In this document: in pieces, positions 1-7,775 of the stretch
Position numbering within the stretch: the first letter of the stretch is position 1
How the letters are laid out: every line of letters begins with the position of its first letter
Source of the DNA: an uncultured archaeon
Lineage (GTDB): Archaea; Aenigmatarchaeota; Aenigmatarchaeia; CG10238-14; SCSR01
Direction: 5' to 3'
Length of the DNA: 32,316 bases
Assembly (NCBI GenBank): GCA_964606565.1
Contig: CAZSGV010000001.1
Span: 1 to 32,316, forward strand
The notes under the pieces: model-generated
Seen by the model: only the letters and a program-made list of their open reading frames with translations
What the model was told of the DNA's origin: nothing
Databases searched by the model: none
Program-made: the position numbers and the translations under genes

Positions 1-121
1 TGAGGTTCATGACTGAAAAATATCTTCCGCAGAAAATCAAAAACAAAGAATTCCTTCCATAAGAGCTAGCTGAACGCGACCTGAACCAACATTTAAGAGA
101 TTAACCCATCAATAAGCTTTT

Positions 122-802
122 ATGAAAAATTGCGCATTGATACCAGCATACAACGAAGAGAAAACAATAAGCGAAGTTGTTACAAAAGTCAAAAGAACTG
201 GGTTCCTTCCAATAGTGATTGATGACAATTCGACTGACAAGACTTTTGAATTGGCAAAAAAGAGCGGAGCTGTTGCAATCCAGCAAGGCTCTACAACAGG
301 GAAAGGAGAAGCAATCAAAGCCGGTATAAATTATGTTTTTGAAAAAATGCCGGATGTGGAGAACTTCATATTTATTGATGCTGACATGCAATACGACCCT
401 GAAGATGCTGCCGCATTGCTGGAACCATTAAAAAACAAAGATGCAGATTTAGTAATGGGATTTAGAGACTGGTCGACTGTACCGTTTAGGCATAGGCTCG
501 GAAATTTTGTATGGTGCACTTCTTTCAATGTTCTGTTTGGAACAAACCTGAAAGACACGAACTGCGGTTTTATGTCAATGAGTAAAGACGCAGCAAAGAT
601 ACTCAAAAGCGCTCTGTACGGAGGTTATATAATTGAAAATGCGATCCTCTCACGCGCTGTAAAGAACAATCTGAAAATAGGACAAGTCCCTGTCAAAGTA
701 ACTTACAATCATAAAAGCGAAGTCAAACGTGGTGTGCGCATTGTCGGTGGAATCTTTCTGTTCATTGTCAGAGAAGGGATAAAATATAGGCTCGGAAAAT
801 AA
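122..802 (+). CDS. Family 2 glycosyltransferase (dolichyl-phosphate-sugar synthase-like)
   Basis: 226-aa ORF. It carries LIPAYNEEKTI, IDDNSTD and FIDADMQYDPED (DxD) motifs of GT-A fold GT2 enzymes. There is a hydrophobic C-terminal helix (IVGGIFLFIV). Confidence 0.8.
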   Translation: MKNCALIPAYNEEKTISEVVTKVKRTGFLPIVIDDNSTDKTFELAKKSGAVAIQQGSTTGKGEAIKAGINYVFEKMPDVENFIFIDADMQYDPEDAAALLEPLKNKDADLVMGFRDWSTVPFRHRLGNFVWCTSFNVLFGTNLKDTNCGFMSMSKDAAKILKSALYGGYIIENAILSRAVKNNLKIGQVPVKVTYNHKSEVKRGVRIVGGIFLFIVREGIKYRLGK

Positions 803-864
803 TTTTCTGAAGGTAATATTTAAAAACAAGAAAAATGGATTAAATTGAATAGGAGCCAATTGTC

Positions 865-938
865 GGGACAGTAGCTCAGCCTGGGAGAGCAATCGGCTGA
901 AGACCGATGTGTCGTGGGTTCAAATCCCACCTGTCCCA
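865..938 (+). tRNA. tRNA-Phe (GAA)
   Basis: Manual cloverleaf. Acceptor GGGACAG/CTGTCCC, D stem GCTC/GAGC, anticodon stem ATCGG/CCGAT with loop CTGAAGA, T arm GTGGG-TTCAAAT-CCCAC, discriminator A. No encoded CCA. Confidence 0.93.
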
Positions 939-1026
939 TTCTGTTACTCTTAGGCTGCTTTTAAATTCTTTATAATCAATTTATGATTCAAAAATGTAAT
1001 AAAAAGTTAGGAAAAGGTGCAGAGTA

Positions 1027-1599
1027 ATGGGTGAAACGAAGAAGAAATTGGAAGGTGAACTGTTGGAAAACAGAGTGGTTATATGGGAAAAGTCAGCCGT
1101 TAGTCTATACGATGAATCTGGTTATGGTAAGCCGCTACCTGAAACAAAGCCGAGCAGACTTGAGCTTGAACTTCTTGAGGCCCTTTATCTGCTGGAAAGA
1201 GGCAAGATAAAAGTTTTTGTTAAAAAGAAGACCCGGAAGAAGACAGTCAAATTCAAAGATTTGGTGAAATTTGCTGTTGATGCCATTCAGCATTTCCAAG
1301 CCCAATACGCAGTCTACCGAGATTTGCGCGAGCGAGGCTATCTTGTCAAGACCGGATTCAAATTCGGAACTCATTTTCGTGTTTACGACCGTGGCGTGAA
1401 GCTGAAGCGTGGCCCAAAGACATCCCGAGAGCACACAAAATGGATTGTGCATGCGGTTGCTGAAGAGACTGCGTTTTCTTTGCCGGAGCTTTCACGTGCT
1501 GTGCGTCTGGCTCATAACATACGCGCGACCATGCTTTGGGCAGTAGCTGACAAAGAATCAGATGTGACTTATTACCTTGTACAGAGAATTACACCTTGA
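1027..1599 (+). CDS. endA: tRNA-splicing (intron) endonuclease, single-unit alpha type
   Basis: 190 aa. YAVYRDLRERGYLVKTGFKFGTHFRVYD ... HTKWIVHAV matches the catalytic C-terminal domain of archaeal EndA. AGGTG SD lies 7 nt upstream of the ATG. Confidence 0.9.
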   Translation: MGETKKKLEGELLENRVVIWEKSAVSLYDESGYGKPLPETKPSRLELELLEALYLLERGKIKVFVKKKTRKKTVKFKDLVKFAVDAIQHFQAQYAVYRDLRERGYLVKTGFKFGTHFRVYDRGVKLKRGPKTSREHTKWIVHAVAEETAFSLPELSRAVRLAHNIRATMLWAVADKESDVTYYLVQRITP

Positions 1600-1618
1600 T
1601 GAATGAACGAGTGATCAT

Positions 1619-1810
1619 ATGGGAAACATAAAAACCACTTTTGTCAAACGAATTGGGAGAAAGCTCTTTGAAAACAACAGAGAGAGGTTCACTGAGGATT
1701 ACTCGAAAAACAAGGAAGTAATAAAAGAACTCATAGATATAAAATCGAAAAAAATGAGGAACATAATTGCTGGCTATGTCACCAACCTGAAAAGGCAAGA
1801 AAGAAGATAA
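1619..1810 (+). CDS. rps17e: 30S ribosomal protein S17e
   Basis: 63 aa. The MGNIKTTFVKRIGRKLFE..F..DY..NK pattern is typical of archaeal S17e. It lies 20 nt downstream of endA. Confidence 0.88.
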   Translation: MGNIKTTFVKRIGRKLFENNRERFTEDYSKNKEVIKELIDIKSKKMRNIIAGYVTNLKRQERR

Positions 1811-1899
1811 TCCGATGCGATTGAAAGTCGGAAATACAACATTTTAATTTCTTCAAAAAACAATTAAAAATTAGAGTTTGATAAGAATCTGGTGTTTTT

Positions 1900-3042
1900 G
1901 TGCCTGACGTACCAAAGATAGACGAATTCGCGTTTATTCTGCTAGCTGGAGTTCTTTTTATTTTCATACTGGCCTTTGCTTGGACAACACCTGGTGAAGG
2001 TCCGCCTGTTGTGGAAAAATCCCATTTTGAAATAGATGTTGCGCAAGGCGAGACAACTACTTTCGACTTTACAGTCAGGAGCAGCACAAGTCTGACCTCC
2101 ATTAATATAACTGCGTCAGGAGAGATAGCCGATTGGGTAACCTTCAATAAAAACGATTTTGACGTAGAAAGGGACGAGGTCACGACTGTCAGGGCCACGG
2201 TGAAAGTGCCGAGCAACGCGTCATTGGACCTTTATGGGGGCCGCGTGACAGTTGATGGCGAAGGAGGCACAGACACGTTCTCTGTGTCTGTAGATGTTGT
2301 GGAAGAAAGGGAAGAAAGCACAACAAGGCTTGTCTCATCTGAAGAATTTCCATCAGAATTCTCAGTCAAATACGCGCAAGGCACAGACGTGTTGGATTCT
2401 AGGGAAAACGTCCGTGTTTCTACTGGATATCTGTCCCAGCGTTCGATAATGCTCACAGGGCTGTTGACAGAAGAAAAGCTTTCCATAACCACAGGCGGCA
2501 GCGTCCATCTCATCATAGAGAGTACAAATGAAGCCGGCAATCTTAAAGTCTCGGTTAATGACAATGAGATTTACAATAAAAAGGTCAGCGCAGGCGAGAT
2601 TTTTATTCCTATAGAAAAAGACCTGATAGAGAAAACGAACGTAGTTACAATAAAGGCCGGATCGCCTGGCTGGATGTTTTGGACAAGCACAATATACAGA
2701 GTACAGGCGGCCGAATTCAATCTTGACTATGAGGGCGCGTTTGCCCAGAACTTCACTATATCTATGACAGATGATGAGGTCGACAATTTCAAACAATTCA
2801 ATCTTTATTTCCGCGTTAAAGGTTATAATTCGCCTATACCAGAGATGATGATAAAGGTAAACAACCAGATTGTATACTGGGACATACCGCCGCTCAGGTT
2901 CTTCGATGAATCTCTCAATGAAGACATGTTTGGCAATCCGTTATATCTAAACGAAGGCTCAAACACAATCACGTTCATGTTCGAAGAGAATGCGATTTAT
3001 AGTGTGTCAGAGGCACTGCTTACAGTTGAATACTACGAATAG
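1900..3042 (+). CDS. Membrane-anchored extracytoplasmic protein with Ig-like (CARDB/NEW3-like) module
   Basis: GTG start preceded by GGTG (1891-1894). N-terminal TM helix FAFILLAGVLFIFILAFAW. The rest is beta-rich. The segment TFDFTVRS..WVTFNKNDFDVERDEVTTVRATVKVP..GGRVTV resembles beta-sandwich surface domains. No catalytic motifs seen. Confidence 0.6.
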   Translation: MPDVPKIDEFAFILLAGVLFIFILAFAWTTPGEGPPVVEKSHFEIDVAQGETTTFDFTVRSSTSLTSINITASGEIADWVTFNKNDFDVERDEVTTVRATVKVPSNASLDLYGGRVTVDGEGGTDTFSVSVDVVEEREESTTRLVSSEEFPSEFSVKYAQGTDVLDSRENVRVSTGYLSQRSIMLTGLLTEEKLSITTGGSVHLIIESTNEAGNLKVSVNDNEIYNKKVSAGEIFIPIEKDLIEKTNVVTIKAGSPGWMFWTSTIYRVQAAEFNLDYEGAFAQNFTISMTDDEVDNFKQFNLYFRVKGYNSPIPEMMIKVNNQIVYWDIPPLRFFDESLNEDMFGNPLYLNEGSNTITFMFEENAIYSVSEALLTVEYYE

Positions 3043-3047
3043 CGCGC

Positions 3048-3827
3048 TCAGATTCCTGCCAGCAAAGTTATAAAATCCCTAGACCCTGTTGCTGCTCCAA
3101 GAATTCCTATAATAAGCTTGAGATAATTGTTGAACTTCTTGTCGTCTGACACCCTGTCAATCAGGACCAACACAACAACCACCGCCACCGCTTTTAGAGC
3201 CACAAAAGAAAACGGTCCGAACATGCCTATGAAAATGGTAGGCAGTATGTGCTGCTCGTAATAGCCGAAGAAGTTAAGAGCCACAGCTGTTGTGGTCGCA
3301 TCGAATATATGCAAACCTGCGACTATTTTGTTTTCTGCAGACCATTTTCGTTTTACAATTTTGAAAACAAAAATCCATGGGAGGAAAAAAAGAATGACAA
3401 GACCAGCACCATAAAAATTTGAAAAATCAAGTTGCGTCAGTGTGAACGGCAACAGCAAAAGACCGAAAATAAAAGCGGTTTTGTAATAAGGCACACCGAA
3501 CTTTTTCTGCAGAGCAATCGAAACCAACAAAGCGCAAAATGTTGCCCCAAAGACAAGCACATATATCCCAGGTGTCATGAAAAAATACGAGTCGATCACT
3601 GCTGCGTCCTGCAAGACCCGGAGCGCACTACCAAAAATAATATACGGCGACACTGCAACCGCTAGTCGTTTGTCGATCTTTATATTAAGTTTTTTCAGCG
3701 CTTCGTATATCGCATAAGCAGCAGCTACAAGAACGAGCGAGTATAGCAGAGTTTTTGGCACATCGTATCCTGTCTGTTTAGGCGCTAGAAAATAATCGAT
3801 TAGATCTTTTGTAAGCTTGGGCTTCAT
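3048..3827 (-). CDS. Polytopic integral membrane protein (possibly DUF63-like)
   Basis: 259 aa with about 7-8 hydrophobic helices and no soluble domain. The DUF63 assignment is from memory of archaeal family architecture only. Confidence 0.55.
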   Translation of the reverse strand: MKPKLTKDLIDYFLAPKQTGYDVPKTLLYSLVLVAAAYAIYEALKKLNIKIDKRLAVAVSPYIIFGSALRVLQDAAVIDSYFFMTPGIYVLVFGATFCALLVSIALQKKFGVPYYKTAFIFGLLLLPFTLTQLDFSNFYGAGLVILFFLPWIFVFKIVKRKWSAENKIVAGLHIFDATTTAVALNFFGYYEQHILPTIFIGMFGPFSFVALKAVAVVVVLVLIDRVSDDKKFNNYLKLIIGILGAATGSRDFITLLAGI

Positions 3828-3865
3828 TGTAAAATTAATATCTGTTCAAGTTTAAAAGTTATTCA

Positions 3866-4846
3866 ATGAGAAAAACATTTTTGTTATTACTTTGCATAAC
3901 TGTAATCACATCTGTTTTCATTTCAGGATGTGTTGATCAGACGTCCACATCAACGCAGTATAAAAACGATATAGTAACGATCGAAGAGTATTATGTTTCT
4001 AACCTTATGCCATATGCAAACAGCGAGGTTGTCATTGAATTCCTTGTCCAAAACAACGGCGAGGAACCAATCCCAAGAGTTAAAGTCAGATTCTTTGATC
4101 ATCCTGGATTTGAGATATTGGACTTGAGCTGTATGGGAATGCTCACTGAGCCTGAAAATGGTGACACATGTATTTTTGATGAAGAAAACGATTTTGGTGA
4201 GATAGTACCGTTTGACATACGTAAGATTGATTTGAGATTGGGAACGCCCAGCAACATAGAAAACCCAACGACCTTTACAATAAGATATTACGTGGAATAT
4301 GATTACAGCGGATTTAGGAAGATGGACTTGCCGATTATAGACGGCGAAACCATAAGGACACCATCATCAAAATTCTCACAGAGCACCCCAACTTATGGCC
4401 CGATAAAACTGGAGTTCAAAACACCTGAGCGCGGCGAGCATAAGGAAGATGGAAAGGTTGTGAAGGACTATTGGGGTGTTAAAACTCAGCCGTTCAAAGT
4501 AGAGATGGTGCTAACAGATGTTGCAAGTTCGGGCCTGAAAGACAACGCGCCGACAATAAAACTAGGTGACATAAAACTGGATTTTAAAAACTCATTGAGG
4601 CGCGCGCAAAGCGAAGTGACTATGCTCCCGTGCGATTTCTGTGTTGGTGGTGAAGGCGATTGTCCGGGTGCAGACCCAGAGTATATGTATTTGAACAAAA
4701 CCGCCGAAGTGCCCGGTGAGCTGAGATGCAACTTCCAGTCTTATGACTTTGTCGAACCAGAACTCCTCGCAACAATCTGGGCAGATTTTTCATACACGTA
4801 CAGATACACGCTGACAGAACAGATAGAGGTACAGCCGCTTGAATGA
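3866..4846 (+). CDS. Secreted lipoprotein-like surface protein, paralog 1
   Basis: Signal peptide MRKTFLLLLCITVITSVFISGC with a lipobox-like ISGC. CARDB-like strand SEVVIEFLVQNNGEEPIPRVKVRFF. Cys-containing C-terminal module. Paralogous to the next gene. Confidence 0.7.
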   Translation: MRKTFLLLLCITVITSVFISGCVDQTSTSTQYKNDIVTIEEYYVSNLMPYANSEVVIEFLVQNNGEEPIPRVKVRFFDHPGFEILDLSCMGMLTEPENGDTCIFDEENDFGEIVPFDIRKIDLRLGTPSNIENPTTFTIRYYVEYDYSGFRKMDLPIIDGETIRTPSSKFSQSTPTYGPIKLEFKTPERGEHKEDGKVVKDYWGVKTQPFKVEMVLTDVASSGLKDNAPTIKLGDIKLDFKNSLRRAQSEVTMLPCDFCVGGEGDCPGADPEYMYLNKTAEVPGELRCNFQSYDFVEPELLATIWADFSYTYRYTLTEQIEVQPLE

Positions 4847-4903
4847 GGAGACATAGAAACAATCTTAAATTAATTAAATACAAAATTAATTATGAGGGAT
4901 AGG

Positions 4904-5977
4904 ATGAAAAAGAACATTTTGCCTCTTTTGTTGTTGGGAATGGTGTTTATTTCTGGATGTATAGGCCAGACGCCCACACTCAAAGAGGGAAGGGGACTTT
5001 CTGTAAAAAGTTTCTCACCGGACTTTGAAGAGGTGCGCTCAGGTGAAGAGATAACGCTCACGGCACTTATTGAAAACGTGGGCGAGAACGATGCTGATGA
5101 TGTGGAGGTGCAGCTGTTCGGCTTGAATTTGGATGAATGGGATCTTCTGGCTGGCGACAATCCGCAACCGTTGAACATTCTAAGAAAAGCAGACACAGCC
5201 TTGGATCTGCCGGGAGAGAGCTTTGAGTTCAGCTGGAATTTGGAATCGCCTTATGATATGAGGGTTGACAACATATATACAGCGAACATACGGACCTATT
5301 ACAAATACACTACTTCTGCTCTTGCCACTTTGCGCTTCATGTCTTATGATTATATAAAGTCGCTTCCATCTCAAGATTTTGAGGAGGCAAAAGACTCGAC
5401 AGGCGTTACCCAAAGTAGCGTGACTGCGGCTCCGATTTCTGCGAGCGTTAACGTAGGCAACAGGCCGTTGGTTGTGTATAAGGACGAGGATACATTCTCC
5501 GTACAATTAATAATAACCAATGTCGGTAACGGCAACCCGTTCAGGCCTTCTGAAGATTATCCAGGCCAGCCAAACGACGATTCCACATTGGCCAGCAAGG
5601 ATCTTTATTATGTGGATGTTGACATAGACACAGGTCTTGATTTGGACTGCTCGAACACTCTCGGCAGTAAGAAGTCAGGCGAGCTTAGGCTGACACGCGG
5701 CACTTCAAGAACGCTTTTCTGCACAGCAACAATACCTTCGAGAGCGGGCCTAGGCAACACAAAAGATTATGCAGTTACAGTAAATCTGGAATACGGCTAT
5801 TTCATAGATGCTTCAACAAAAATTAAAGTTTTGAAGACCGAATTTGCCGGTGGAGAAACTACCAGTGATTGGGAGTGTGTAACTGGCAGCTCCTGTAGCT
5901 CTGATAATGATTGCCCATCACCACCTCCTGATAAATCAGATAGAGATTGTAGAAATGGACTTTGTTGTTACAGATAA
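4904..5977 (+). CDS. Secreted lipoprotein-like surface protein, paralog 2, Cys-rich C-terminus
   Basis: The ORF track starts at 4892. ATG 4904 is preferred (GAGG 6 nt upstream, giving MKKNILPLLLLGMVFISGC). CARDB-like GEEITLTALIENVGENDADDVEVQLFG. C-terminal CVTGSSCSSDNDCPSPPPDKSDRDCRNGLCC knot-like tail. Confidence 0.7.
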   Translation: MKKNILPLLLLGMVFISGCIGQTPTLKEGRGLSVKSFSPDFEEVRSGEEITLTALIENVGENDADDVEVQLFGLNLDEWDLLAGDNPQPLNILRKADTALDLPGESFEFSWNLESPYDMRVDNIYTANIRTYYKYTTSALATLRFMSYDYIKSLPSQDFEEAKDSTGVTQSSVTAAPISASVNVGNRPLVVYKDEDTFSVQLIITNVGNGNPFRPSEDYPGQPNDDSTLASKDLYYVDVDIDTGLDLDCSNTLGSKKSGELRLTRGTSRTLFCTATIPSRAGLGNTKDYAVTVNLEYGYFIDASTKIKVLKTEFAGGETTSDWECVTGSSCSSDNDCPSPPPDKSDRDCRNGLCCYR

Positions 5978-6002
5978 AACGTGGTCAGGTTCTTTTAATT
6001 TC

Positions 6003-7625
6003 TTAATCGGTCTCTATAGTACAATCATCATTCACTTTTATCCAGTAGCCTATGCCGGGGCTTAGCGAAGTTGCTACAGCATAATTTTCACTATTTGTAT
6101 CATATTTGTAGAGGCTCGCCGTAATAACACAATCACCCTTTATATTATCTAGTTCTATTTCTTCATTGTTTACAGTTCCAATCATATTCCAGCCTGCGTC
6201 TAAATCTACATACGTAACTAATTGAAGTCCAACAAAGGCTATTTCACAATTTTCTTTAACCTTTACCCAGTATCCATATCCTCCTACCATATCGTCCAAT
6301 GAAGAAACAACTTCGTAATTTTTGTCGGTTGTATTATAACCAAATATACTCGCATCGAGCTCACAATCAGTATCGATTTCAAACTCTTCAAAAGGAGATG
6401 AAATCAAATTCCAACCTTGCTGCATCGATATAGTCCTGCTTATACCTTCTACGCATTCACAACCAGAGCTGCAGTGCCAGCCCTCTTCGCAAGGATTATC
6501 AGAGTCGCATTCAGCACTCCCACACCCTTTACGGCATATATCCAATGAGCAAGAACCACCAATACATCTGTATGGGCTGCAGTCAGTGCCATCCCTGTCC
6601 ACACATGGGCCTTCACAATCACCAACCTCGATTATATCCAATTCCCATAAACAGTTTTTATTTTCGCTATTGCTACGGACTTCCACTTTGAGTTGGCTTG
6701 TTTCAATATTAAACGATCTAGAGACAGATCCGACCCAAGTCTTGACATCATCGTCCCCTTCGACACTTTCGACCAAGTCGCAGCCATCATAAATATGAAG
6801 GGAATTAGTTTTGCAATCATTACCTCTATTAGTCAATTTCACTTCAATGTCTATTCCTTTCCAAAACTCGACTGAATAGAATTTAGAATCATCTGAATAC
6901 AAACACCCGCCAATGTGTTCTCTCCCACCCGTTCTCATTCCGCAGTTTTCTGTGTGCGAAATGAATTGATCGCAATCTATATTGAAAGGGCCCGAACACT
7001 TGGAACCGCTTTCTTCACACACGTCTTCGCAATCTGTTTCCAACACCCATTGACAATTTTCATTTCGGCTATCTCCAGATATTTTTACTATAATATCTGT
7101 TTCAGTCACAGCCGTCCAGCTGTCTACTTCGTTCCGTCCGCTAGAGCTACCAATATACGTTCCACAAGCGCTCTCATAAACATAAAGGTCGTTTTGTTCA
7201 CAACTTTCTCCAGAATGGGTTAATGTGACAGTAACTTCTTTGCCTGCAGTTCCTTCTACTTTGTAAAATTTGTCATCGGTTTTCCACAAGCACCCGCTTA
7301 AACTGCCGCCGCATGCTATCTCGCTTTCTGCGGCATTGTCGCATGTAGTGTGTTCTGAGCTTGGACATACTAATGGCACAGTTGTCGTCGTTGTACTTGT
7401 AGTCGTCGTGGTAGTTGTAGTTGAGGATGTCGTAGTCGTTGTTTCACTAATACAATATGGCTCAGGGCACTCGACATATGGACCATAGCAACTGCTCAAC
7501 CACCCACAATCGAACCCATCACAAGCATTTAGGCAACAGCAGAGTTCAGCAATTACGTACGTCGACAATGCAATCAGTGTAAAAGAGGAAATAAAAACTA
7601 CTAATATGAAAAGTCTTTTTTTCAT
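6003..7625 (-). CDS. Modular Cys-rich secreted/anchored protein (poly-Thr linker, 2x PPC-like domains, 2x GWN..GYW repeats)
   Basis: Start moved to MKKRLFILVV (ATG 7625) because the longer ORF would overlap tRNA-Val. It has a signal/anchor helix and the run TTTTTSSTTTTTTTTSTTTTT. Two roughly 110-aa repeats resemble pre-peptidase C-terminal domains (CL[WY]..DDKFY.VE....). An EGF/knot-like Cys cluster follows. Two roughly 65-aa C-terminal repeats run GWN[LM]I...Y..NYEV/AV..L..G.GYW[VI]KV..[ND]C.I. Confidence 0.7.
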   Translation of the reverse strand: MKKRLFILVVFISSFTLIALSTYVIAELCCCLNACDGFDCGWLSSCYGPYVECPEPYCISETTTTTSSTTTTTTTTSTTTTTVPLVCPSSEHTTCDNAAESEIACGGSLSGCLWKTDDKFYKVEGTAGKEVTVTLTHSGESCEQNDLYVYESACGTYIGSSSGRNEVDSWTAVTETDIIVKISGDSRNENCQWVLETDCEDVCEESGSKCSGPFNIDCDQFISHTENCGMRTGGREHIGGCLYSDDSKFYSVEFWKGIDIEVKLTNRGNDCKTNSLHIYDGCDLVESVEGDDDVKTWVGSVSRSFNIETSQLKVEVRSNSENKNCLWELDIIEVGDCEGPCVDRDGTDCSPYRCIGGSCSLDICRKGCGSAECDSDNPCEEGWHCSSGCECVEGISRTISMQQGWNLISSPFEEFEIDTDCELDASIFGYNTTDKNYEVVSSLDDMVGGYGYWVKVKENCEIAFVGLQLVTYVDLDAGWNMIGTVNNEEIELDNIKGDCVITASLYKYDTNSENYAVATSLSPGIGYWIKVNDDCTIETD

Positions 7626-7679
7626 AGCACCACTATATAATAAATTATGTATTTCAATTTTAAAAAACGCACGAAAAAG

Positions 7680-7750
7680 TGGGCCTGCGCGGAATTGAAC
7701 CACGTTCTCCACCGTGTGAGGGTGGCATCCTGCCAGTAGACTACAGGCCC
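7680..7750 (-). tRNA. tRNA-Val (CAC)
   Basis: Reverse complement folds as GGGCCTG-TA-GTCT..GGAT-G-CCACC-CTCACAC-GGTGG-AGAA-CGTGG-TTCAATT-CCGCG-CAGGCCC-A. Confidence 0.9.
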
Positions 7751-7775
7751 GTGAGAGTCTGTATTAATTCAATTG

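Noticed and set aside
1-121. Possible start of a minus-strand gene at the left edge (ATG at 10..8 reading out of the window).
   Set aside because: - Only three codons are visible.
- It cannot be supported from this window.
1900-1990. The N-terminus of the 380-aa protein as a type IV pilin/archaellin class III signal peptide.
   Set aside because: - The sequence PKIDEF/AFILLAGV lacks the basic residue plus the small residue (G/A/S) cleavage context typical of PibD/FlaK substrates.
- It was treated as a plain signal anchor.
7381-7443. Imperfect trinucleotide repeat tract (GTN/ACN), a possible microsatellite or repeat array.
   Set aside because: - It simply encodes the in-frame poly-Thr/Ser linker of the surface protein.
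- It has no spacer-repeat organisation and is not a CRISPR array.
7626-7712. N-terminal extension of the Cys-rich protein ORF (MENVVQFRAGPLF...).
   Set aside because: - The extension would overlap tRNA-Val (7680-7750).
- The internal MKKRLFILVVF start gives a proper signal/anchor sequence.
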